From a virus (lineage: Duplodnaviria; Caudoviricetes), in IMG/VR virus record IMGVR_UViG_3300016476_000967, positions 1-29,191 of that record: DNA of 29,191 nt. The stretch is one strand, 5' to 3'. The notes beneath the pieces are model-generated. The model worked only from the letters and a program-made list of their open reading frames with translations, did no database searches and had not been told where the DNA came from. Positions 16,330-24,344 of this stretch are shown here, in pieces. A program made the position numbers and the translations under genes. Within the stretch, counting starts at the first letter, position 1, and each line of letters begins with the position of its first letter.

Positions 16330-16917
16330 TTAATCTGTAATGGTTATTTGTCTAAGATCAGCATAGTTTACATGCTTGGGCGTAGGTCTGTCAAACTTTA
16401 CACCTTCCAATAATGCCAAACCTAACTCAGCTTCTTCGGGCGTTGGTTTATAGTGGTAACCAACTCGGAACTGCTTTTGTTCGATCCACGGCTTAATATT
16501 TAGGTTTCTGCCATCGTAGCGCATTAAAATTAATTTGTCATATGCAGCTCGATCATCTAATAGAATGGCACCGCCCCTGCCGATATGCAAGGGCTTATCG
16601 TGACCAAAGCTTAAGCATTGCATCATTCCAGGCCTATACATACCTTCTTCAAGTCTGCGAGCACTGTCCCAGATTCTAGTATCGTGAAACTGATACTCAC
16701 CAGTCCAGTGTTCGCCTTCTAAGCTATATCTTACGCCCAGTTTATGCATGAGCATTGGAATGCTTAGATATGTAAATGCCGTAAAACTGCAACTGCGAAT
16801 TCGATCGTGTCTAAAGCACAATTCAATAGCGTGAGTGCAGCAATCAGTCATAATTGCGTAAGGCGCGCCTGTGAATGCTGCCAGCTCACGCTCGAATTCG
16901 AAAATTTTATCGAACAT
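16330..16917 (-). CDS. Short DegT/DnrJ/EryC1/StrS-family PLP-dependent aminotransferase
   Basis: FERELAAFTGAPYAIMTDCCTHAIEL, FTYLS, WDSA, SFGHDKPL.IGRGGAIL (PLP lysine), YDGR and VGYHY; only 195 aa. Confidence 0.8.
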   Translation of the reverse strand: MFDKIFEFERELAAFTGAPYAIMTDCCTHAIELCFRHDRIRSCSFTAFTYLSIPMLMHKLGVRYSLEGEHWTGEYQFHDTRIWDSARRLEEGMYRPGMMQCLSFGHDKPLHIGRGGAILLDDRAAYDKLILMRYDGRNLNIKPWIEQKQFRVGYHYKPTPEEAELGLALLEGVKFDRPTPKHVNYADLRQITITD

Positions 16918-17980
16918 TGTTTAATAGATCAGTTGCACTAAAAAACTTTTCTGTTAGCGTCCTTGCTTGTCTGCGAATTAAGAATTTAACCATATCGTAA
17001 TTCTTCATGTGCTGAACAATTAAATTGCAAACAGACTCGCGATGCTGATTGTAGCTTCTCCAGCTTTCGGTCCATTCGCTGGGATACAGGAAAATGTTTT
17101 CATACATTTCGCTATAGCTCAAGCGATCTGGTACCATGGGAATAGCATCTACAATTGCACCTTCGTAGCAGCCAATGCCCAGTGTTTCCTGCAAGCTTGC
17201 ACTAAACACAACCTTAGCTTGACCTAGCAACTTGTGGTATTCGTCCTTGGACAACTGTTGATCCTGGCAAACCACAAACTCATATTGCGGCAATTGGCGC
17301 TGCAGATCTCTAAAGATTTCCACTTGCTTTTCTGGAGCAATACGATGCGGGAATAGCACAAGATCACGCTTTTCCATATTTTTGTATGGAGCAAGAGTAT
17401 CCTGCATATAGTCCATGGGCCAGCCTGTCCTAACAATTTTGTTAGGTGCAAACTGTTTGATAACTTTCGCATCTTCATAACCCAACAAGTTCTTAGCAAA
17501 CAAGTCGATATGGAATTCCGTTGCAAAATAGTTATAATCGATTGCGTGGTAGAAACTTTTCTCTGCGTGACGAACCCATGGAGTATCTCCGATAAGTCTG
17601 CCTAAAAAGTCGTGCGGATCATAACTACCGGCATGCCATAGTGCATGAATCTTGACAGGAATGCCAAGTAGCTCGCTCATGTATTTTAGATTTATGATAC
17701 CAGGATGCCACGCATCAGTAAACAGGAAATGATCGCCAGGGCTAACTGATCCGGAGCAAAATAAGCGGCCCATGCCCTCAACTTGTAAAGACTTATAGAT
17801 ATTAGTCCCACCAAAGTTAAGGAAAGCACCAGGAGTGGTTGCACTAGGAATATCCTTAGGCCCAGCCAAAATTTGAACATTGTGTCCTGCCTTTCTTAGT
17901 AGTTCGGGTACATGCTCTTTCCATTGAGCCGTGTACCTTGTTTCTACTGGCTCTAAATCGACTAAAAATACGTTAGCCAT
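16907..17980 (-). CDS. GT-B fold glycosyltransferase (family 4-like)
   Basis: FPHRIAPEKQ (R..K donor-binding motif), SLQETLGIGCYEG (E-x7-E motif) and PDRLSYSEM. Confidence 0.82.
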   Translation of the reverse strand: MANVFLVDLEPVETRYTAQWKEHVPELLRKAGHNVQILAGPKDIPSATTPGAFLNFGGTNIYKSLQVEGMGRLFCSGSVSPGDHFLFTDAWHPGIINLKYMSELLGIPVKIHALWHAGSYDPHDFLGRLIGDTPWVRHAEKSFYHAIDYNYFATEFHIDLFAKNLLGYEDAKVIKQFAPNKIVRTGWPMDYMQDTLAPYKNMEKRDLVLFPHRIAPEKQVEIFRDLQRQLPQYEFVVCQDQQLSKDEYHKLLGQAKVVFSASLQETLGIGCYEGAIVDAIPMVPDRLSYSEMYENIFLYPSEWTESWRSYNQHRESVCNLIVQHMKNYDMVKFLIRRQARTLTEKFFSATDLLNNVR

Positions 17981-17982
17981 TA

Positions 17983-18186
17983 TTACTGTTGTTCTGCGTT
18001 ATGTTTGTTCTGCCAGTGCTTGAATTTTTCAAACTTACGATATTGCTCACTGCGATACAGATCACGCTCGTCGAACTTGAGCATATTGTAACGGCAGTAG
18101 TCCTTATACTGCTCGAGATCTTCGAAGATTTTATTAACTTCTGGTTTCATTTTAAGATACTTCTCGATGTATTTAGGTTGAGACAT
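17983..18186 (-). CDS. Hypothetical protein, 67 aa
   Basis: SD AAAGGA; tight packing. Confidence 0.7.
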   Translation of the reverse strand: MSQPKYIEKYLKMKPEVNKIFEDLEQYKDYCRYNMLKFDERDLYRSEQYRKFEKFKHWQNKHNAEQQ

Positions 18187-18216
18187 TTTATTTTCCTTTT
18201 TCTTAGGGTTAATTTA

Positions 18217-18597
18217 TTAAGGTTTGTTGATATAAAGGTTGGCCGCCTGCGGCATAGCTTTTGCTAAATCTTGTTTAAGATGGTCTAACTCAGCCCACTG
18301 ATATCTTTCGCCGTGGTACGTTGAATTAATGCGTTTAATCTCGGACTGCATATCGCGCATATCCTCACTCATTTTGCCCATACGCCAATTAAGATTTTTC
18401 ATATCTTCATGCATTTGACGTAAAGGGCCGTATCTTGTGATAGGTTCGTTAGATTCCGGCTTTGTTAAAATAACCATCATCATTAATTGACGCAATGCAT
18501 TTATTACACGTTCATCTTTACTAGTCATCGCTTCATCGAACATATCGATAAATCGTTCTAGATCAAAGTCTGCTTGAATTTTTTCTCTAGATGCCAT
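18217..18597 (-). CDS. Hypothetical helical/coiled-coil protein, 126 aa
   Basis: Co-oriented ORF 2 bp after the upstream stop. Confidence 0.7.
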   Translation of the reverse strand: MASREKIQADFDLERFIDMFDEAMTSKDERVINALRQLMMMVILTKPESNEPITRYGPLRQMHEDMKNLNWRMGKMSEDMRDMQSEIKRINSTYHGERYQWAELDHLKQDLAKAMPQAANLYINKP

Positions 18598-18599
18598 GA

Positions 18600-19052
18600 T
18601 TAGATAGCGATTGTTTGATAGGGTTGTTTAATTTCGTACTTGATAATAGCACCATTTTCGCCATCTTCTGCTACTTCGATCCAAACAGCACGATTGGGAT
18701 AACGCTCGGCAATCTTATCATACAGATCATCTGCAATCATCTCACAGCTCTTAAAGTTTAACTCCAGTGTGCCTTGTTTGTAAAGATTTTCGAGCCAGCG
18801 TTTGAATTGAATAAACTCAATGTCTCGGTCATTGTGAAACACATCAATCCATACACGGAAATGAAAGATATGACGATGCGGAACGCCAAGGAAACTGACA
18901 TCGTATTCGTCGCCAGTTGCTAGCGCAGGATCAGTTGCTGCTGCTGGATACTTGTGAATTCCTTCTTTCTGGAAAGTAACCCAGATTTTACGATCTGCGC
19001 TATGTTTAATTCGTTCACGCTTTTCTGCCAATACTTGATCTCGTTGATCCAT
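18600..19052 (-). CDS. dpdL: DpdL-like QueD paralog (T-fold; putative CDG decarboxylase)
   Basis: EGIHKYP, LGVPHRHIF (the LxxxHRHxF signature I recall for DpdL), RDIEFI, SCEMIA and VAEDGENG; SD AAAGGAG and a TAATG overlap support the 19052 start. Confidence 0.72.
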   Translation of the reverse strand: MDQRDQVLAEKRERIKHSADRKIWVTFQKEGIHKYPAAATDPALATGDEYDVSFLGVPHRHIFHFRVWIDVFHNDRDIEFIQFKRWLENLYKQGTLELNFKSCEMIADDLYDKIAERYPNRAVWIEVAEDGENGAIIKYEIKQPYQTIAI

Positions 19053-19579
19053 TATGCTTCTCCTTTGGGGAACACTGGTGTATCGCCCACATAATCTTTC
19101 CAGTCGGTGTAGACATTGCGAGTTTGTAGTTCGTTTAGAGGATGACACCATACACCGGGGTTAGTATCACCCCAAGTGTTGTCATCAATCTTTAGTGTAG
19201 CATTGTAGTTGTACAAACGAATGTTTGGTAGCTTAACGCTAATCATTGGAATGAAAGTGTTATACTCGCACCAGCTTTGTTCGTGTAGATCCCGCGCATA
19301 CTCAACACCAAAGTCCAGTGTTACCCAATAGTCTTTAACCAGCAAGGGCTTAATCATATCATCCCATGCAGCCCAGTCGTATGGGTTTTGCGGATGGAAA
19401 CTTTGACTAGTTCCAAAATAAACATGACGAACATTGTGTTCTGTTAGTAGACCTACGATTTCGTCTACGGGTTTAATGCCCACAACAAAAAGAGTTTTTT
19501 CGCCCTTCATTGCAGTATTTTCAATTTCGGTGCCAACAAAGTAATCTACTTGTTGACGACCATCAGTATCAATTGCCAT
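19052..19579 (-). CDS. Hypothetical protein of the deazaguanine cluster
   Basis: Start MAIDTDGRQQ at 19579; YFVGTEIE..KTLFVVG, HVYFG..QSF, KIDD..NPGVW motifs; translationally coupled to dpdL. Confidence 0.7.
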   Translation of the reverse strand: MAIDTDGRQQVDYFVGTEIENTAMKGEKTLFVVGIKPVDEIVGLLTEHNVRHVYFGTSQSFHPQNPYDWAAWDDMIKPLLVKDYWVTLDFGVEYARDLHEQSWCEYNTFIPMISVKLPNIRLYNYNATLKIDDNTWGDTNPGVWCHPLNELQTRNVYTDWKDYVGDTPVFPKGEA

Positions 19580-20474
19580 TGTTATCCCAATAAATGTAAC
19601 CCCGGCTGTATCCTTGGGGTCTGTTAACGCCATCGGCAAACGCTTGTTGCCATTCTGTATCCCTATTGTAACCTTTAGTCCAGAAACTGTCAACAGTGAT
19701 GCTGCCGTTTTCGATCCAATATGCGGCATCTTGCATACACTTATAAAACTTGTCTGTTCTGGGGCTTGGAAAAACCATTGTGCAAGCTTTCCAGAGTAAA
19801 GTGGCAAAGTTAGTATCCACCTGCTTTTCAACTCCCATAACAACCAGTGCTTCGTTATTGAGCATATCTTTAATAAAGACATCGTTATAAGGACTTAGGT
19901 CAATAATAACATCGAACTTACCTTCATATTCACTGGTTAGAATATCGCCCCAGAGTTCTTTGTTACTGCGCCCAAACACAGTAATATCAAATTCTAAATG
20001 ATTTAATAAAATAGTATTATATGCAATCCAAGCAAGGAATCCGCTGCCCAGAATTAATAGTCGTTTACCGGGACCACTACGTTCAGCAATTTCGCGTATT
20101 GGCTGGTGTACAACGTTGATGCCGCAAGCAACTGGCTCAAGTATATATCTTGGATGACACTCTGGAACGGGAACATACTCCTTAGAGCGAACATTGTATC
20201 GGTCAGCGTAAGCTGGCTCTCCTCTTGTTGCAACATAGTCTCCTACTTTCACATCGTTAATTTTATTACCGACAGCAATAACTTTACCTAATCCTTCGTG
20301 ACCCTGCATATGCAAAGGTAAAGGGCCAAAGTTGCCTTGCATCATATCAATATCGCTGCGACAAACTCCTGTCATAGCTGCTTGGACACAGATTTCATCT
20401 TGTGCTAAAGGTGGCAATTCGTATGCAGTTTCGACAAAGTTACCTTTGCCAACTGTTGCTAAAACTCTATTCAT
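19569..20474 (-). CDS. MDR / Zn-dependent alcohol (sugar) dehydrogenase-like protein
   Basis: GVCRSDI and GHEGLG catalytic-Zn motifs, VKVGDYV, LEPVAC and ILGSGFLA Rossmann motif; lacks the structural-Zn Cys lobe. Confidence 0.85.
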   Translation of the reverse strand: MNRVLATVGKGNFVETAYELPPLAQDEICVQAAMTGVCRSDIDMMQGNFGPLPLHMQGHEGLGKVIAVGNKINDVKVGDYVATRGEPAYADRYNVRSKEYVPVPECHPRYILEPVACGINVVHQPIREIAERSGPGKRLLILGSGFLAWIAYNTILLNHLEFDITVFGRSNKELWGDILTSEYEGKFDVIIDLSPYNDVFIKDMLNNEALVVMGVEKQVDTNFATLLWKACTMVFPSPRTDKFYKCMQDAAYWIENGSITVDSFWTKGYNRDTEWQQAFADGVNRPQGYSRGYIYWDNNGN

Positions 20475-21358
20475 AGTTTTTCTATTTGCTTATGAATCCA
20501 GATATCTTGAGCTTGTTGCTCTTTCCAGTACTCAATGTTATTTAGGTTTAGCACAGCTTCTTGAATCATTTTCTTATAAGCTGATTCGGGGCATAGTCCT
20601 AGTTCATGTCTTACAGTGCCAGCAGGAGTATCGAAGCTAATAGAAATGTCAGTCTCGCCCAGTGAACGCCAATTGGCAGATAGAATATATTTGGTACTGC
20701 CGTATTGAAACTCCATCTCGCAAAAGTCATCTACATCGTAGACGCCATTCGGGTTGACTACGCCATAGTCTGTGCTGTCAATCTCATTCAGTTGCCAGCG
20801 TTGCAACGCTGTGGCGTAAAGCTTATTGCCTTTTGTGTAATCAACAAGAGCGCAATAATAGCTCAACATATGTGGAATAAGATCTCTACTTACGCCACCG
20901 AATGCAAGTTGTTTATTGGTAAACCAACTACCCGGGCTGGGAATACGATTATGATTATTCCAACGAATGTAAACAGTGTCTGATTCAGATGCCAAGCCTT
21001 TAAACTCGGCAATTTCATTCCTAAACTGATTATTCTTGACCATCATAAATTTAGTATTAGGATAGTCGCGAATTAGAGAAACCCAGTCGTAATGTGTTTG
21101 TACGCCTGGCTTTTCTACAAACACTAATTTTGCACCGTGATTACCAGCATGTCTTGCCAAATTAACGTGCGTGTAATTTGGAGTACAGATATGTACAGTA
21201 TCGAAATGACTGTGATCCGTGAATGCCGCTACGTAATCGCTGTAGTCTGCGCTTTTTACAGGATCCATGTCCACCGTAACGACTTCATGGCCGAGTTCTG
21301 TAAGCACAGTCTTGTAAAGCTGACCGATGCCCATTCCAATTACTAAACTTTTCATCAA
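20471..21358 (-). CDS. Gfo/Idh/MocA-family NAD(P) oxidoreductase
   Basis: VIGMGIG, ICTPNYTH, VFVEKP and GGVSRDLIPH motifs. Confidence 0.88.
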   Translation of the reverse strand: MMKSLVIGMGIGQLYKTVLTELGHEVVTVDMDPVKSADYSDYVAAFTDHSHFDTVHICTPNYTHVNLARHAGNHGAKLVFVEKPGVQTHYDWVSLIRDYPNTKFMMVKNNQFRNEIAEFKGLASESDTVYIRWNNHNRIPSPGSWFTNKQLAFGGVSRDLIPHMLSYYCALVDYTKGNKLYATALQRWQLNEIDSTDYGVVNPNGVYDVDDFCEMEFQYGSTKYILSANWRSLGETDISISFDTPAGTVRHELGLCPESAYKKMIQEAVLNLNNIEYWKEQQAQDIWIHKQIEKL

Positions 21359-21765
21359 TTTACTCGTTCAATATCCAGCGGCCCAGATAGCCAACATTCA
21401 GTTTCATCGTTGTACCAGCCTTCACCTTCTAAGAAGTCGTAGCTGTCTTCGTCGAACCCGTCAATAATACGTTGGCGTTCTTCTGCATCCATGTCTTCGG
21501 GAAACTCCCAATCGGCGTACCATCCATCATCCAACATATCCAATTCTGCACCGTCTTCAGCGTTATCACCGAAGTAGCTGTACATTTCGATACTGTCTTC
21601 GTTGTCTTCTCTGATGCCTTCGGGAGGGTTGTCGTCCGAAGTTTCTACAGTAAATGTACCCCACCTAAAACCGGTAATGCGTACAATGGTTTTACTATCT
21701 TTGACCCAGTATTCTTGTTCTACACAAGATTTCTTTTCTCTAGTAGAGATTTTCCAAGTAGCCAT
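21355..21765 (-). CDS. Very acidic hypothetical protein, 136 aa
   Basis: Asp/Glu- and Trp-rich ORF; ATGA overlap with the next gene; own promoter. Confidence 0.72.
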   Translation of the reverse strand: MATWKISTREKKSCVEQEYWVKDSKTIVRITGFRWGTFTVETSDDNPPEGIREDNEDSIEMYSYFGDNAEDGAELDMLDDGWYADWEFPEDMDAEERQRIIDGFDEDSYDFLEGEGWYNDETECWLSGPLDIERVN

Positions 21766-21771
21766 GATTGT

Positions 21772-21800
21772 ATTATATATTAATTAACGATCGTCGTCAA
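21772..21800 (-). promoter_or_regulatory. sigma70 promoter, probably giving a leaderless mRNA
   Basis: TTGACG-17 bp-TATAAT-6 nt-ATG; no SD. Confidence 0.7.
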
Positions 21801-21996
21801 AGTCTACACGCTCGTGGTCGTGTTCCCACTGTAGGCGCTCCAAACGCTTGATCTCGTCTTTGAGTGCCAAACGCTGCTTTTTCCATTCTGTAACCAAATT
21901 GGTTTCGCTATGGGGATGTTCACGTTCGTGAGCTGTGATCTTTTGATCCAATACTCTGTGGCTTTCTTTCAAATGTGCAATGCGACCTTCATACAT
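21784..21996 (-). CDS. DUF465/YdcH-like helical hairpin protein
   Basis: MYEGRIAHLKESHRVLDQKI...KKQRLALKDEI pattern; SD GGAGG supports the 21996 start. Confidence 0.75.
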   Translation of the reverse strand: MYEGRIAHLKESHRVLDQKITAHEREHPHSETNLVTEWKKQRLALKDEIKRLERLQWEHDHERVDFDDDR

Positions 21997-23563
21997 CTTG
22001 AGCCTCCAAATTGTTAAGTGCTGATTCATCCAAACCGCTATCATCAATATGATGATTGTCGGCTTCATCTCCGCCTTCTACTTCGAATAGTGTATTGAAC
22101 ATGGTTCCTGCGTTAACAGTCTTTTTACCAACTGCGCCCCGTGTCCCCACAATACTCATCCAATACTTGTTGTAATGTTCGACAAGTTCTTCTGCTTTGC
22201 CTCTATCGCTAGTTGCAAAGATATCGTTAACAATATCACGGAAGAATGTCCTATCATACATACGCATGACTTTTTTATCTGCGCTGGTTGCTACCAACAT
22301 TCCAGGAACAATGCCCGCATCATATTGTCTATTAGCTTCTTGTACAGCATGGATGTGAGTCCATACATTGTGTCCCATTTGTAGTGTATAGCTAAAACTA
22401 TCCCAGCTGGTTCTGCCTTCTTTACCGATTTTATTCAGGTCACCGGGCTTATAGATACAGACATCTTTAATAGCAAGTCTTTCGCTAATGGGACTAGAAA
22501 GGAACGTATCAAAAATTTTATCCTGTAGTACAGCATCTTCGAAAGAACGTGTGTCAGTGGCATATTTTTTATCGTCGACACTGGCCATCATTTGATAGCT
22601 CCACTTGCCGCGATCGGGTGTTACTACATCATAGTAAATTTGACCGTTAGCAGTTGCAAGGAACGGACTAGCGCAGTCGAAACTAATGGTAAATTGTTCA
22701 TTATGATATTTGCGAACTGCCCGCTGCACATCGGTTAGTAGGGTGGCCCACTCCAGTTTACTTGTGCCCAGAAAGTGCATCCAGTCATGTTTGCCTGGCT
22801 CAAGTAATCCGTCAAAGCGTAGTGCAACAAGTCTGCGTAGCAGCAGGTGTACATCGCACATGTTCTGACCGCCCATAGCCCAACCCTCAAAAGGCTGTGC
22901 GTATTGTTTTGGATCACAATACTTTTTCATGCGCTCATACCAGTCATCTGCTTCAGTATGATTCTCGCCTTGCAGCACATTTAAAAACTTGCAGCTACCA
23001 CTACGATTAGCCATGAAGTAATCGTTGTTGATGTAAGTACCTTGTACAGCTTCTGCGTATGTGCTAATACCTGTTGCCTTTTGACCTGCAGGACTACGTG
23101 CAACCCAGGCAGGAATATCTAGAATCATACCGCGATCCATGTAAGCATCTAGCCATTCCAAAACCTGCTTGCGCTTTTTGGATGCTTTGGGACAATTAGG
23201 ATCTTTCCAATTACCTTCCCATACACCTTTACCAATCTGGAAACCGCCAGAGTCGCCTAAGATAAAAGTGTTTGGATCGCGATTACGAACCATGTCGTCG
23301 CGCCCGTTGGTTTTGGCTAGATCTAAGTCTGCGTGACCCGCACTATAAAGACTCCATTTGTACTTGAAATAGCCTTCCTGATCATTCAACCAGTTCATGC
23401 CTTCGATGCCGTTTTCAAAGCCTGTAGGCACTCTTGCAGGGTCTATATAGTTAGGATCAATTCGCTGCTTACTAACATCACGTGAATAGAAGCTACTCAA
23501 TGCCGGCAAGAACACAGCATAATCACTCTGTTTACTTGTCAGATCGTCTATTCTTTTTGTCAT
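21989..23563 (-). CDS. dpdA: DpdA-family (DpdA2-like) DNA 7-deazaguanine transglycosylase, TGT fold
   Basis: GDSGGFQI, MILDIP, LNVLQG, GWAMGG, MHFLG and SFDCASP TGT motifs; no CxCxxC Zn site of tRNA TGT; phage context with folE/queD/queE. Confidence 0.85.
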   Translation of the reverse strand: MTKRIDDLTSKQSDYAVFLPALSSFYSRDVSKQRIDPNYIDPARVPTGFENGIEGMNWLNDQEGYFKYKWSLYSAGHADLDLAKTNGRDDMVRNRDPNTFILGDSGGFQIGKGVWEGNWKDPNCPKASKKRKQVLEWLDAYMDRGMILDIPAWVARSPAGQKATGISTYAEAVQGTYINNDYFMANRSGSCKFLNVLQGENHTEADDWYERMKKYCDPKQYAQPFEGWAMGGQNMCDVHLLLRRLVALRFDGLLEPGKHDWMHFLGTSKLEWATLLTDVQRAVRKYHNEQFTISFDCASPFLATANGQIYYDVVTPDRGKWSYQMMASVDDKKYATDTRSFEDAVLQDKIFDTFLSSPISERLAIKDVCIYKPGDLNKIGKEGRTSWDSFSYTLQMGHNVWTHIHAVQEANRQYDAGIVPGMLVATSADKKVMRMYDRTFFRDIVNDIFATSDRGKAEELVEHYNKYWMSIVGTRGAVGKKTVNAGTMFNTLFEVEGGDEADNHHIDDSGLDESALNNLEAQDV

Positions 23564-24294
23564 TTAGTTTGTGCAGGTAGAAGATAGTTGTATTGGGCAA
23601 TGCCGCTGTCCACAGTGATTTGGGCAACACCTTCATTGCTGATTTTAAATGTCTTGTCGCCGGGCAAGCTTAGGATGCTAATAACTACAGCAACTGGCCA
23701 AGCCCATGCTTTATTTAGGTTGCCGCTAACGCCTGCTTGGAACACAAAGTTGCCTGCATGGCTACTGTGATCGCCGAAGTAAAACTTAAGATCGCCATTT
23801 TCAGTCTTGGCAATAAAGTTGTTTTCTTCGCTGTTAGCACTGGCTTGGAAACGCAGACGCTGGATACTAGCGTTGGTAGGCACAATATCAACGTCCCAGT
23901 TAACAGACTTCATTCGAACTGTTTTAAGCTTGTCGTTAACAATTTCAGAGCTCATAAAACGATAATCGTTTTTAAAGTCGCCTGCTTTGTTTTCAAAGTG
24001 AACACCTACTGGCACAGATTCTCCTGCAGGATTATTCTGGCGACTAACCGTAATGTTGGCGTTTTCTTTATATTCTGGAATATTTAGGATAGTGTTTAGC
24101 TTGCCCAAATTTGGCATTCCAAATGTTCCAACAAAATCTCCCACAACGCCTTTGAATTTGGCTTGCAGAATAACGCTGCGATCTTCTGCGATTGCTTCTA
24201 GAATGGTATCGTTTTCTGTACCAGTAATTTTAACTAGGTCGATTACACCGAGTCCGTGCGTATGTTGCACAATATCTAATAGATGGTCTTTCAT
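23560..24294 (-). CDS. DNA polymerase sliding clamp (gp45/PCNA-like)
   Basis: 244 aa alpha/beta protein close to polB; ends in QYNYLLPA, like the PCNA/gp45 terminal strand. Fold is inferred. Confidence 0.65.
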   Translation of the reverse strand: MKDHLLDIVQHTHGLGVIDLVKITGTENDTILEAIAEDRSVILQAKFKGVVGDFVGTFGMPNLGKLNTILNIPEYKENANITVSRQNNPAGESVPVGVHFENKAGDFKNDYRFMSSEIVNDKLKTVRMKSVNWDVDIVPTNASIQRLRFQASANSEENNFIAKTENGDLKFYFGDHSSHAGNFVFQAGVSGNLNKAWAWPVAVVISILSLPGDKTFKISNEGVAQITVDSGIAQYNYLLPAQTK

Positions 24295-24315
24295 AAGTTC
24301 TCCAAGTGTCTGTTA

Positions 24316-24344
24316 AGTTTATATGATTTATTTAGAAAAATCAA
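24316..24344 (-). promoter_or_regulatory. sigma70 promoter for clamp-dpdA, with an embedded CTAAATA late-like motif
   Basis: TTGATT-17 bp-TAAACT, followed by SD GGAG. Confidence 0.6.

Noticed and set aside
19580-19882. Long N-terminal extension of the 276 aa ORF (likewise those at 19053-19151, 21997-22068, 3806-3877, 12689-12739)
   Set aside because: The extensions overlap upstream genes extensively; downstream ATGs with an SD or stop-start coupling are better starts.
21989-23563. tRNA-guanine transglycosylase (tgt) for queuosine tRNA modification
   Set aside because: It lacks the CxCxxC zinc site, has large insertions, and sits beside replication genes with no queA or queG, so DNA-acting DpdA fits better. 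A tRNA target is not formally excluded.
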